This document shows positions 1-13,487 of a stretch of 64,000 nucleotides of DNA, one piece after another; within the stretch, counting starts at the first letter, position 1; each line of letters starts with the position of its first letter. The position numbers were made by a program, and so were the translations under genes. Source of the DNA: Octopus sinensis (taxonomy: Eukaryota). The notes beneath the pieces were generated by a model. It saw nothing but the letters and a program-made list of their open reading frames with translations, did no database searches and was not told the origin of the DNA. The stretch spans positions 50,654,001 to 50,718,000 of the forward strand of contig NC_043005.1 in assembly GCF_006345805.1 (NCBI RefSeq), given 5' to 3'.

Positions 1-183
1 CATCATTTGAATATAAACTAGAGAGAGATGAACGTAAAGCATAACTTACATAAGTCAACATACAATACCTAGGTGCTATATGTGTATGTGTGTATACATA
101 CGTACAAACACACACATACACACATCATATGCGCACACACACACATATATGTACAAAAGGTTTTATGTAAATATATATATATA

Positions 184-403
184 TTTCTTTATTGCCCACA
201 AGGGGCTAAACATAGAGGGGACAAACAAGGACAGACAAAGGGATTAAGTCGATTACATCGACCCAGTGCGAAACTGGTACTTTATTTATCGACCCCGAGA
301 GGATGAAAGGCAAAGTCGACCCCGGCGGAATTTGAACTCAGAACGTAACGACAGACGAAATACCGCTAAGCAAAGCATTTCGTCCGGCGCGCTAACGTTT
401 CTG
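184..403 (-). mobile_element. tRNA-derived SINE, family B (5'-truncated)
   Basis: Reverse complement matches copies at 41525-41756 and 42642-42872 (box-B-like GAGTTCAAATTCC, GGGGTCGATAAA, tail CCCCTTGTGGG..AAAGAAATA). Confidence 0.9.
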
Positions 404-899
404 ACACACACACACACACAACACACACACACACCACACACACACACATACACACACGCACATACACAATCACATGAATGTGTGCATGATCAGCGCCTAC
501 TTTCCAGAAATTAACGTCTTGTGTGATTTAACAAATATCTACTTTAATTCACAGGTTTAAAGGGCTGGAGAACTACAATCTACCCTGATAGGTTAAGCTT
601 ACCGCTCCTATATAAAGCAATTTACTCGGAAGGCCACCCCAACATAAAACCTACAGTTTGCTGATCAACGCACCCGTTTTAACCCACTGAACCCTAAAGA
701 GTGGGGTCGGATTAGGCGGACTCACTCTCAATTGGAAACAAGCTCAGCGTAGGCAGGAAGAAAATCTCTGCAGCGTCAAAGATCGGTTTCTACAGCAACA
801 TGAAGGCGTGCTGTTATACTTGACCTTCGGTCATGAAAAAGACTGACGTCATCAGTTATATTTAAATTTTTAGGTGAAGAATGTGATATGAAGAAAGTG

Positions 900-1210
900 A
901 GAATGAATGAATGTGTGAGTGAGCGAGTGAGCGAGTAAATCAGTGAGTGAGTGAATGAGTGAATGAGCGAGTGAGCGTGTTAGTGAATGAGTGAGTGAGT
1001 GAGTAAGTGAGTGAGTGAGTGAGTGAGTAAGTGAGTAAGTGAGTGAGTGAGCGAGTAAGGGAGTGAATGAGTGAGTGAGTGAGTGAGTGAGTGGGCGAGT
1101 GAGCGAGTGAGTGTTGAATGAGTGAGTGAGTTAGTGAGTGAATTAGTGAGAGAGCGAGTGAGTGAGTGAGTGAGTGAGTGAATGATTAAGTGAGTGATCG
1201 AGTAAGAGAG
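900..1210. repeat. Degenerate (GAGT)n tetranucleotide microsatellite
   Basis: Direct reading; source of the THSL-repeat ORFs. Confidence 0.95.
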
Positions 1211-1639
1211 AGAGAGAGAACGATAAAAAATGAGCAAGAAAGAGGGAGAGAGAAGGAGAGAGAAAATGAGTGTGTAGATGAATGAGTATGCTGAGTAGGA
1301 GAGAAGGACGAAGGTGATATGAAAAGAGGAAAGACAAGATTCTAGAAAACTGAGCGGAAATCATTTGCTGTTTATTTTTTTACTTGTTTCAGTCATTGGA
1401 CTACGGCCATGCTGATGCACTGCCCTGAACAGTTCAAGCCCGGTTATCAAGCATTGGGTGCGAGGTAAAAACACAGACCCAAAAACACACACATGTACAA
1501 ACATACGCCAACGCACGAAACTCTCAGACCTTGAGTTACTAAATATTAATAAAAATATACATATACCCATATTTTGAGTTTTATTTTTCCTATTTGCACC
1601 TGCATACCTATGTGTGTGTGTGTGTGTAGCTGAGTAGAC

Positions 1640-1790
1640 GATGGAATTCCACGCATTCCAAATTCATTTAGAAGGCTTTAGTTAGCCAGAGGCTATAGTA
1701 GAAGACACTTGCCCAAGGTGCCACGCGGTGAGGCTGAACCCGAAACGACATGGTTGCAAAGCGAGCAACTTAACCATACAGCCATGCCGA
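1640..1790 (-). mobile_element. SINE family A, 5' half
   Basis: GGCTATAGTAGAAGACACTTGCCCAAGGTGCCACG shared with full copies at 21670-22083 and 40396-40766. Confidence 0.85.
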
Positions 1791-1906
1791 CATCTTAAAG
1801 AAACAAGAAAACAAAGGATGTGTGAAAAACAGAAAAGAACGCCGGAATGTGGAAATAAGACAAGCAGAAAGGAAGAGGCTATCGAAAATTAATAAAAGCG
1901 GGTGCG

Positions 1907-1948
<42 letters not shown>

Positions 1949-2039
1949 GGAGGAGGAGGAGGAGGAGGAGGAGGAGGAAAAAAGATCTCCTTGCCGTTTT
2001 TCTTTCGATGGGTAGGGACTTTTTCACTCTCTAGTGGCG

Positions 2040-2160
2040 ATGGGGCATGATTTAGTGGTTTAAGTGTTAGACTCTCGCCATACGGTCACGGTTTCGTTTC
2101 CTCGACAGGGTGTGCGTTTTATCCATGAGCGAGGCGCTTCATTTCACGTGCTTATGTCTA
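2040..2160 (+). mobile_element. SINE family C head fragment
   Basis: tRNA-like A/B boxes (TTTAGTGGTT..GGTTTCGTTTCC) followed by TTCATTTCACGT, as in 15670-15908. Confidence 0.6.
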
Positions 2161-2769
2161 CTCATGTTATAATGAGCACAACCCTCATCTGGGTTACCCT
2201 TTACAGCTGTGGTAACCCTTACCAACTCCAGCAGTGACCTCCTGGATGTTACGCTGTATCACTAGCCAAAGGCAAAGGAGGTGTCTTTGTCCACTTGCGT
2301 CTACAAAGGCCTCCAGAGCAATTAGCGAAAGTATGGTACATGCTGCCAAGTCATTGCCCATCCCGAGGGACTGAAAAACATGACGACAGACGAAAAGTTT
2401 AAACAGCCAATCTCTTGTCAGCATGCGTTTGTAGGTCGGGTAATTCACATAGGAGGGCATGTGCCCCGAGTAAAGCTAATCTGAGATCTGTGGAAGTTTT
2501 TTGATGGCTGCCTCCCTATTTTGGTGCCTTATTTTAATTCTTTCGTATACAGTTTTTTTTTGTTTGTTTGTACCCTCATTTTACGCTCTTGTAACAAATA
2601 TAAGAAATCATCGTTATCATGATCATGAGAGCATGATCATAATCATCATTGTCGTTGTCGTAGTTGTTGTCGTCGTCATCGTTGTCATCTTTTTTGACGT
2701 CATCATCATCATCATTGTCGTCGTCGTCGTCATCGTCGTCATCATTATTATTCAGCAGTCTTATTTTCA

Positions 2770-3220
2770 TCACGTGATTTCACTGCACTACAGAGCGCAG
2801 TTCTGTGTGCTTTGGGTATGTGCTGTGGTTTGTAGTGGTGCTTTTATTTTCGCTGTATTGAAAGTGCTTTACATAGGATGTGTGCGGTGCCTAGTAGTGC
2901 TATTTTCTGTATGTTATATATATATATATACTTATAAGTCCTGGTTTTTTGTTATGTATTTGTCTGAATGTTTTTTTTTTATCATTCCTAATGCGCCTAC
3001 TATGATAGGAATTGTTTCTGTTTTTAGGCTCCATGTTCGAATTACCTCTATTTCCAAATCTTTGTATTTTGAAAGTTTCTCTGTTTCTTTTAGAGAAACA
3101 TTGTAATCTGCTGGTATTCATACACCGATTAGAAAGCATGTATTATTTTTTCTTCACTAGATGACAATGGCACTCTCTTTAAATTTTGAGTCTATATCTT
3201 CAGGAGGAGTTACCTCAATC
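2770..3220 (-). mobile_element. R4/Dong-clade non-LTR retrotransposon 3' fragment (RLE domain plus 3' UTR), frameshifted
   Basis: Nucleotide-similar to the 3453-3860 copy; microsatellite tail at 2610-2760. Confidence 0.8.
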
Positions 3221-3379
3221 ATTTATATATTAACCGAAATGAAGTAGATTGACAAATTTATTTTTTGAACCAGTTGAAGACACACAAGATGTCGAAATAT
3301 CGTTCACTAGATAACAGTGACACTCTTAATTTTGACTCCATATCTTTAGGAGGAGTCACCTCAATACTTTCTATATTAC

Positions 3380-3452
<73 letters not shown>

Positions 3453-3455
<3 letters not shown>

Positions 3456-3860
3456 TAGTTTTATTTTTATAGCGTGCTTTCACTTCACTACCGAGCGCAG
3501 CTCTGTGTGCCTTGGGTATGTGCTGTGATTTGTTGTGATGCTCTGATGGTTATTGTATGGAAAGTGTTCTGCGTAGGATGTGTGCAGTGCCTAGTAGTGC
3601 AATTTTCTGTATGTTATATGTGTTTGTAAGTCCTGGTGTTTTTGTTATGTATTTTTCTGAATATGTTTTTATCATGCCTAATGCACCTACTATGATAGGA
3701 ATTGTTTCTGTTTTCAGGTTCCACATTCTAGTTATCTCTATTTCCAGGTCTTTGTATTTTGAGAGTTTCTCCATTTCTTTTAGAGACACGTTGTCATCTG
3801 CCGGTATTGATACATCAATTAGAAAGCATTTTTTTTCTTCATGATCTCTGACAACTATAT
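3453..3860 (-). mobile_element. R4/Dong-clade 3' fragment encoding the C-terminal restriction-like endonuclease
   Basis: ORF 3550-3789 EKLSKYKDLEIEITRMW..PIIVGALG..LLGTAHILRRTL; flanked on both sides by (TAA)n. Confidence 0.9.
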
Positions 3861-3866
3861 CTGGTC

Positions 3867-3913
<47 letters not shown>

Positions 3914-4049
3914 TATTATTATTATTATTATTATCAATTTCACTTTTACTCTGTATCTTTGTTACAGTCACTTGCCGAGACACACCCAGATGTTACAGTA
4001 TAACTGAAAGCTTGGGGAGAGGAGGTAGTGCAATATCTTCATGTAATAC

Positions 4050-4545
4050 AACACAGGATAGGGTTTTTCTAAGGATGTGGACAGTACTTGTCAGCACAAT
4101 CTTTTGGATTTCTCTGAGAGATGGGTTTCCTAGGATCTTATCTAGATGTTTCTGACATCCCTTTTTTTTATCATGCCTCGGGCACCTACAATATCAGGAA
4201 CAGTTTTGCGTTTTGAGATGCCACGTTTATTGCATTTCAATTTCCAGGTCCTTATAATTACTAAGTTTGTCAAATTCCTTGACATATATTTTTATCAGTG
4301 AGAACACATATATCTAGAAGTCTACAAATATTCTCTTCTCTATCTTTAATAATTATGACTGGTCGATTAGCTTGGATCGTTCTGTCAATGTTAACTGGAA
4401 AATCCCAGAGATAGTGGCATTATTATCTGCAACGACTGGCTCAAGATGATGTTCATACCAGTAAGCAGGAGGGCTGATATTGTAGCGTTTACATATTTTC
4501 CAATGTAAATATTGTCCTACACTATCGTGGCGATTTTTATATTCG
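4050..4545 (-). mobile_element. Diverged R4/Dong-clade fragment
   Basis: YKNRHDSVGQYLHWKICKRY..WYEH, ..DKLSNYKDLEIE, ..EIQKIVLTSTVHILRKTL across frames. Confidence 0.85.
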
Positions 4546-4624
4546 TGTGGTGTAAAAGAGTAAAAGAGTAATATATATATATATATATGTGTGTGTGGTG
4601 TGTGTGTGTGTGTGTATCTATTGA

Positions 4625-4965
4625 GCAAGGGAAGACAAAAAGATTCAAGAATGGGAAGCTATTAAACTTGAATGCAAACATAAATTGCAAAACAAAAAAC
4701 CTCATCTACTGCATCACATGCCCATAATGCAATGAAAACTACATAGGAGAGACAGAATGGAAACTGACCAGCCGTGTAAATGTGCATAAACAACAAATTA
4801 GGAATTCGTCTTAGGAATGTCCCATGCTGTGAACATCTGTGTAAATGGACAATTTTAGATATTCCCATTTTACAAAATAAACGACGAAAACATCCAAATA
4901 CGAAAGGCAAAATAAGAATGCTTTATAAGAATACTGAATCCGAAATCAAACAGAAAATAGCCAAC
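4625..4965 (+). mobile_element. PLE GIY-YIG endonuclease remnant (Neptune-like)
   Basis: NCKTKNLIYCITCP*CNENYIGETEWKLTSRVNVHKQQIR: GIY-YIG halves with CxxC..H; in-frame stop. Confidence 0.85.
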
Positions 4966-5799
4966 ACTCCATATAATAAATAATGGTTATAGAATGATTA
5001 CGGTTAACTACGACAGACAAAGGAAGAAAATTTCATGAAAACGTTAAGTCTGAAAATGAACCGGAAATAATTAATACAACCATTGCTACAAAAATAGCAA
5101 CTTCCTCTTTCAAACATTATCCGAGAGCATATGTGTTTGAAAAGATTAATGGAAAGCGCTCACACACACTAGGGAAAAGTTTCTTCCAAAAAGGTTAGTG
5201 AGGCCCTGATATAAGACTTTATAACCGTGTGTGTGTGTGTGTTTGTGTGCGTGTGTGTGTACATATATTTATACAAACATACAAAGGCAAAGTGCATACA
5301 TTTATATATTCATTAACATATGCACAAGTGCACACACACACACACACACGCACACATACACATACGCGCATACACACTTATATTTATCTTTGAATATATG
5401 CGTATGCATGCATTTGTATGTGTGAATGAATATATTTATGCAAGCAGCCATGCATTTATTTATATTCTGCATATGATTATGCGTGTTTGTCCGTGCACGA
5501 TTGTGTGTTGTGTGTGTGTGTGTGTATGTGTATGTGTGTGTGTGTGTGTGGCTGTGTGTGAGTATGTGTGCGTGTGTTTGTGCTTTTAAGTACGTTTCTT
5601 TTGAGAATTGCTACTCCTGTACTCGTGGAGACACCAATCATGAAAGTGAGTATTGCATTACTTATTCATTCCTCAGTTGTAACAATACATATATTGGACA
5701 TACATACATACGCGCGCGTACATTCACATATGCATGAACACATACACACAGACACAGTGACATAAACATACATACCTGTGTGCGTGCGTGCATGTGTGT

Positions 5800-6276
<477 letters not shown>

Positions 6277-6671
6277 TGTATGAACGTATGTTCGTATGTA
6301 TATAAGCATAACGAGAGAACGTCTAGATATAATATAATACGATGGCAATGTCTAGGAAAGAGTATAATTACGATTTTTCAGCCAACGGGTAACATATATA
6401 TTAGAAAATCGAAACAGTAGAGCAGAAAAAAAAAGTAAAAGAAGACCAGTTCTTAGAACTAGTCTTAGAGAGATCAGATCAAGTATGAAGATAAATACGT
6501 AAAAGGAAAAACAATAACATGATATGTGAAGATCTAAAAAGCGTATATTATATCGCGTTCTCCTTGATTATACTCTAGTATAAGTCTTGTGTGTTATTTG
6601 CCTATCTAATTGATACATATGTGCGTGTGTGTGTTTGTGTGTGTGTGTGTGTCTGTGTGTGTATGCACTTG

Positions 6672-6724
<53 letters not shown>

Positions 6725-7229
6725 GCATGTATGTGTTTGTACACGCACATAAATACATGCACTCACATATATACACACGCACACACAAGCATACACTATA
6801 TGTATATATATATATATACACTTAGAAGGAGAGAGAAAGAGAAAGAAAGATGGATAAATAGATATATGCATATATATATTCATCAACATGTATATGAATG
6901 TACGTATATCCATATCTATCTATCTATCTATAGGTATGCGTGTATGCACACGCACACACACACATATTATATATATATATATATATACATACCTAAATAT
7001 ATATATATATACATACATACACACATACATACATATATTCATACATATATATATGTATACACACACACACACATACACATATATATATACATATGTATAT
7101 ATATATATATAAGTATAACATTGAAATTTAAAACAAATTTGACTAACTTTGACAAAGTGAAAATAAAGTCACTCAGAACAAGAGAAATATAACGCTAAAA
7201 TGCGTTGGAATTCGCTGAATAAACATTAC

Positions 7230-8460
7230 CAACGAGAAAGAAATGACAACTGAACTGGCTAAGAAACGAGACATAAGATAAAATTGAAGACAGTATGGCC
7301 TCCTCTGAAACTGAAGGACATCATTACCATATGAACCATGAAATTCATACCTTTATGGAAAAGAAAAGAAGAGGAAGTATCAACAAAAACGTGTGATGTG
7401 ATTGTGAAAAGTCCAATATCAAACGCTACTGAAGATCTTTACAAAGCATTGATGCTTATAAAGATGATATTTGTACTGAGAAAGGCAAAGATTTTATCAA
7501 AGACAAAGATGGTAATATACTTTATGAAGGGAAAGATATGAAGGAAATTTGGAATGAATGCTGATGGTGATTATGCGAGAAGACAAAAGATGTTAATCAA
7601 TCAGAAGTAATCAAAATGATCAAAGCCGAAATTGTGACACAGATGGGGAATTTTACACAGCTAATGTCTGAAGGGAGAAAAGAAATGGGAAATGGGGATG
7701 CCAAATCGGGTACGGAACGAAAGTTCTGGCATAGATGATACAGCAGCAGACCTTTGGGGGAAATGTTGATAGAGCCACTGTGAAGTTTTTATACGTTGTG
7801 ACAGAAATATGGAAAAATAGTTTAAGACCAAATTAATGGACACAATATTCATCCGATGGCAAAACCGAAAGAAGGAAAAAGAAGGAAAAAAGAAAGAAAG
7901 GAAAAAGAAGAAAGGAAGGAAGGAAAACATTGCAAAAACAACATAATTGCATTGATAAATCACGTTAGTAAAATCCTCTTTAAGCTCATTGCTGACAGAA
8001 TTAAAGCCAAATATGGAAATAGGAAAAGTACAATTTGGTTTTAGAACTGGAAAAGGAACAAGCAACGCTATTCTTGATGTAAATATGGTTATTTAGACAA
8101 CTTGAGAGTATGGTGACGAATTATTTATTGCTTTCATTGACTACCGAAAAGTTTTGATGAATTTGTTCATGACAAACTGTAGTCAGTGACAGCAGAGATA
8201 AGATTTCTTCAACATTTTATAGAATTATTAGAGTCATTTTATTCTCAGTCAATGACAATGGTAAAAATTTATGTCATCTTCACTGAGTGGTTTATACCTG
8301 AACGGAGGAGGATGTGTGTGACAAAGATGTATTTCCTTCTCTGTCTAACATCTTTTTAAGAAGCGTAATAAGGAATGAAATAGGTTTTCAAAGTGAAGCT
8401 AAATTTTGTGATAAAAATGGATACCAATCTCGATATATCAATGATAATGCTCGTAGGATT
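7230..8460 (+). mobile_element. Degraded RTE-clade LINE, reverse transcriptase region
   Basis: IALINHVSKILFKLIADRIK..QFGFRTGKGTSNAI..ELFIAFIDYRK; many stops and frameshifts. Confidence 0.85.
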
Positions 8461-9099
8461 TAAGTAGATGTTGGGCAGTGTAGTTTCTTCTGGTCGCTGT
8501 TATAACAGGTTGAGGGTTCTTCTAGGTGGGTTGTTGGTCCTCCACAGAATAGTCAGATGACGGGGATGTCATCTTGGTGACGAGCCATCGTGCCGTGGGT
8601 CACCGTTATTCTGGAACATCCCCGGGAGACCAGCCCGCCAAGGCTGGCCCTACCAGGAGCAAAGCTGCAGGCGGTAACGCTCTCTCGAATCTATGGAATC
8701 TGAGGAACACACACGTCCCCTTACTACGACAGGAGGGGTCAGTAGTATTTCGTCGGTCTTTACATTTTGAGTTCGAATCTTTCCTCTCGTCCTTTGTACC
8801 AGTCGATGTAATTGACTAACTTCCTGCCCCTGAAATTTCAGGATTTCTAGGATGTAGAAGGATTGGTAGGGACCGCCAGCGACAGAGACCACTATTGAAC
8901 CTAGTCGCATGATGACGTCTCTGGAACCACTAGCCTGGGTTGACCCCCGCCTCCTAAGGCAAGAACATAAAGCGAGCGATCTAAGTAGAATTGAAAATTC
9001 TGAAGTAGAAAGTAGTAGAAAGGTTAAGGTTATGACTTACATTTTTAAAACTAAAATCAATGATGATTTCGGATAAATGATCGAAATCATCTTGTAATA

Positions 9100-10115
9100 T
9101 TCCTTTCAAATGTAGGCACAAGGCCGGAAATTTGTGGGAAAGGGAAGATGATGGTTGATTGGCCTTCGACATGTTTGAACACTCTATTCCAACAAGTCAG
9201 GACCCATAGTAAAGTTTGTGCAAACCATTATTTTGAAAGCAGAATACAAATAGTGGCTTGCAAGAACTCTGTTCGGGTGATTTTCTTGACCCTGAAAGGA
9301 ATGAAAGGCAAAGTGGACCTCGATGGTATTTGAACTCAGAAATCTAAAGAGCCGGAAGAAACGCAGCTAAGGATTTTTGCGGTGAACTAACGACTCTGCG
9401 AGCTTGCCACCTTAAATCATCCTATAATAATTTTGAAAATCAATCCACCGATGTGGATTGAAATCATTGTAAGATGGTAAACTAGCAGAATTGTTAGCAC
9501 GTTGTAGAAAATACTTTGCAGAATTTTGTCGGTCTTTACATTTTTGAGTTCAAATTCCCGTCATAGTTAAATCATGTCTGTCATTATTTCGGGGTTGATA
9601 AAATAAGTATCACTCAAATACTGAGGTAATTGTCTATTCCCTCCCTCCAAAATTTCAGGTCTTGTACCTATAGTAGAAAGTATGAATCAGTGTGATGACA
9701 CCAAAGAGATAAACATTAGAATCGTTAACATTTCGTTCGTCTTTACGATCTAAGTATAAATTCCCCCGAGCTCGAGTTTGCCTTTCATCCCTTTAAGAGT
9801 CGATAAAATAAGTACCACTTGAACACTTAACCCTTCTACCGGAGTCACTGCCTTTGTGTCAAAATTTGAAACCAAATATTTCTTTGACGACAAAGGCGGC
9901 GAGATGACTGATTCGTTACCCGGCCTGGCAAAATGCTTAGCGGCATTTGGTTTGTATTTACGTTCTGAGTTCAAATATCGCTGAAGTCGACTCTGCCTTT
10001 AATCTATTCGGGGTTTGATAAATTAAGTACCAATTGAACACTTGGGTCAATGTAATTGACTTACTGCCTCCTTCCCTTGCAATTACTGGCCTTGTGCCAA
10101 ATTTTGAAAACAATA
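9100..10115. mobile_element. Cluster of about 5 old SINE B copies in both orientations
   Basis: Recurrent GAGTTCAAAT, GTCGAC..GCCTTT, GGGGTTGATAAA and GGCCTTGTGCC motifs; best copy 9895-10115 (+). Confidence 0.75.
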
Positions 10116-10347
10116 ATTCTCTAATGGACACGTAATTTTGAAGAACCGTCGGCAATTTTGAAGAATCATCGACCTTTGAGATTATTTCCACTTTCCTTTG
10201 GGAATTTGATCACAATTACCACAAAGCGATTGTTCTACCTTCTCAGTAAGCAGAATAGTTTCAATAGCTAAAGAATTTATCACATATGGTATTTAACATA
10301 CCCCCATTCATCTTCATATGGGTTTGTGTGCATCTCCCGTATGCACG

Positions 10348-10366
10348 TATTCATGAAGCTAGATAG

Positions 10367-10397
<31 letters not shown>

Positions 10398-10414
10398 GAT
10401 AGATAGATAGATAG

Positions 10415-10493
<79 letters not shown>

Positions 10494-10527
10494 GTCGTAA
10501 TTGGAGCATATTCATGAAGCTAGATAG

Positions 10528-10558
<31 letters not shown>

Positions 10559-10575
10559 GATAGATAGATAGATAG

Positions 10576-10642
<67 letters not shown>

Positions 10643-10663
10643 GTCGTAATTTTGGAGCATATT
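10348..10663. repeat. Tandem duplication of a ~150-161 bp (TAGA)n-containing unit
   Basis: TATTCATGAAGC-(TAGA)n-GAGTCGTAATT(TT)GGAGCATATT occurs twice with the same array interruptions. Confidence 0.9.
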
Positions 10664-11090
10664 TTCGTATACGTGATGTACTAGCCTTTGTTTATTAAAA
10701 GTAAGCAATTTAGTCTCGAACAAAATTTTTGATTTGGCTTATCTTTTCCGTCAAAGCATATCTCTACGTTGTATATATTTGAATTGAATTGTACTAGGGC
10801 ATAATTTTAATTTTTCAAAAAGTATTCCAAACGTTTGACCACGACTGTACATAGAAGATAAATATGTATATATAACTCTGGCCATCCCTCAGACTGATAT
10901 GTCTCAACTTATAGAGAATCCCTCCTCAATATCATGATCCATATGCTTGCGTATTCTAGATACAGCTGTAGGAAACTCTATTTGTTTCTATTCTCTATCT
11001 AAATTAAATGCTTATTGCCAAATCTTTTGCTTTTTCGTTTTTATTCCAATTTCTCTCTCTCTCTCTCTTTCTCTTTCTCTCTCTGTATGC

Positions 11091-11130
<40 letters not shown>

Positions 11131-11639
11131 TGTGTGTGTGTGAGTGTGTGCGTGTGAGTGAGTGTGTGTCTGTGTGAATTTACAAGCATGCGGAACGTTG
11201 CAGTTGCTCTCTTGTATCTTATATTTTTTGTGGAGATTTGTATTTTTCTGCTAGAAACTTCTTTATTGAGATCAACTTCAAGAAATTTCACATATCTTTC
11301 TTATTTTTTTCCATTAACAAACTTTTTCCATTAAAGCTTCTGCTAATGTACGTGATTTCTGTATAGGAAATATAGCAGCAAACGAGTACTTGTAGCTATT
11401 TATTTGACTGATAGTAGTAGTCTGTGGACTTCTTTAAAGAATCTGAGAATCTTGAACGAGTCATCTTAGTGCTGTTCACTATTTATGTGTGTTTGAGAGG
11501 GTAGCCCCCCACTAACGGCTTTAATATTTTGAACAAGGTGTTGGCAGTAACTTCGGTTATGATTCATTAGCTTAGTGGAAGAACGTCACACACATTCTGC
11601 AATTAATAGGGTTCTGGTGCATCTGTCAATGTGTCCGAC

Positions 11640-11820
11640 GCAATGCTGACAGCAGCAGCAGCAGCAGAAGGAGAAGAAGAAGAAGAAGAAGAAGAAGAAG
11701 AAGAAGAAGAAGAAGAAGAAGAAGAAGAAGAAGAAGAAGAAGAAGAAGAAGAAGAAGAAGAAGAAGAAGAAGAATGAGGAGGAAATAGTGGATAATGATG
11801 ATGATGATAATAATTCAGTG
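11640..11820. repeat. (CAG)n-(GAA)n-(GAT)n trinucleotide tract
   Basis: Direct reading. Confidence 0.95.
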
Positions 11821-11827
11821 CGACCAG

Positions 11828-12182
11828 GGATTTTATGATTCAGTGTGAACATGAGATAGAGAATAGGAGGCCAGACATAGTCGTGAGAAAGAAAACAAAC
11901 TATGCCGGATCATAGACATAGCATGCCCAGCTGACAACAAGGTATGCGATAGGGAAAAAAGAAAACTCGAGAGGATATGACAGGTTAGCTTGGGAAGTTA
12001 AGCAGTTGTGGTCGATGAAAAAGGTAGCAGTAGTACCAATAATTGCCGGAGCCCTGGGAACAGCGAACAAAAATCTCGAGAAGTACGTGGAACAAATAGG
12101 GGTTGCAATAAGGGTGGAGCACTTGCAGAAAACAGCACTGCATTGAACCGCTCGAATACTCCAGAAGGTGCTGACACTGTAG
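11828..12182 (+). mobile_element. R4/Dong-like RLE-domain 3' fragment (second family)
   Basis: DFMIQCEHEIENRRPDIVV..IIDIACPADNKV..WSMKKVAVVPIIAGALG..TARILQKVL* with frameshifts; (AAT)n just downstream. Confidence 0.85.
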
Positions 12183-12231
12183 TACATCTCCAGCGTTAGA
12201 AGCTGTGCAAAGGCAATAATAATAATAATAA

Positions 12232-12677
12232 TCCCTTCTACTAAAGGAAAAAATAACTGGAATTTTGGGGAAGGTACTAGTCGATTGCATCGACCCCAGT
12301 GTGTAACTGATACTTAATTCCTCGACCCCTAAAGGACGAAAGACAAAGTCAAAGTCGGCGGAATTTGAACTCAGAACGTAAGGACGAAACGAAATCCCGC
12401 TTAGCATTTTGCCCGGCATGGTAATGAGTCTACCAGCTCGTCGCCTTCAATAAAAATAATAATCTTTTCTACTCGAAGAACAAAGCCTCAAATTTGGGGG
12501 AAGGGGTTAAGTCTATTACATTGAGCCAAGTGCGTAACTGGTTCTTATTTAATCGACCCCGAAAGGATAAAACGCAAAGTCAACGTCGGCGGAATCTGAA
12601 CTCAGAACGTGGCGGCAGACGAATTATTGTTAAGCATTTCGCCCGGCGTACTAACGGTTCTGCCAGCTCGCCGCCTT
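12232..12677 (-). mobile_element. Two adjacent SINE B copies (~12232-12445, ~12465-12677)
   Basis: Match to the family B consensus seen elsewhere in the window. Confidence 0.85.
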
Positions 12678-13336
12678 TACTAATAGTAATAATAATAATA
12701 ATAATAATATCAATACTAATAATAATTATAATAATAAGTATTTCGTTCAGTAATAATAATAATATTTCGTTCAATAATAATAATATGAAGAAGGGCGAGG
12801 AGGAGGAGGAAAAGGAGGAAAGGGGAAGATGAAAAGAGGAGGAGGAAAAGAGGAGGAGAAGAAAAAGAAGACCATAATGACAATGATGATGACGACGGCG
12901 ACGACGGCGAAGATGATGGTGATGATGAAGTAATCAGGTAATTCTTTGTCGTAGAATTCTCATTAAAAAAAACAGAACTGATAAACGCTGGTTTATACCA
13001 CCATAATTTCATTCTGTAGCAATGAATGGTTTTGGCTGCTGTAAATGAATGATATCCAATAATAAGAACAACAACAAAAAATCTGTAACGAATGCTTCAC
13101 AATAATAAATTTTATTCTTTATATCGGCCGTGTGTTGCGCGGCACTTTGGTACCTAATTGTATGGTTGCAATAACATATTAGCTTTCTTATGAGCAAAAA
13201 TTCGCTAAATCCTTGCTCAACTCTTCTCCGTTTCTGTAGAACTGAATGTTGAATGGATTCCTCGTCCATGACTCTTCTTTCGGTGCAATTTTTGCTCGTT
13301 ACCGGAGATAAATAGATAGATAGATAGATAGATAGG

Positions 13337-13379
<43 letters not shown>

Positions 13380-13451
13380 GTAGGTAGGTAGATAGGTAGG
13401 TAGGTAGGTAGATAGATAGAGGAGGAAAGGGAAGAAAAAATAAAGTAGTAA

Positions 13452-13487
<36 letters not shown>

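Noticed and set aside
811-866. CTGATGA-GTCA..TGAC-CGAAG on the minus strand
   Set aside because: GAAG instead of GAAA, and stems I and III do not form.
2194-2460. 88-aa minus-strand ORF, possibly an RLE remnant
   Set aside because: Only vague resemblance; no catalytic motif identified.
5040-5100. CTGAAAA..GAAA downstream of the Neptune-like GIY-YIG remnant
   Set aside because: G8 is missing and there is no stem II; at best a relic.
13009-13269. 86-aa non-repetitive ORF as a possible exon
   Set aside because: No recognisable homology and no convincing splice-site pair.
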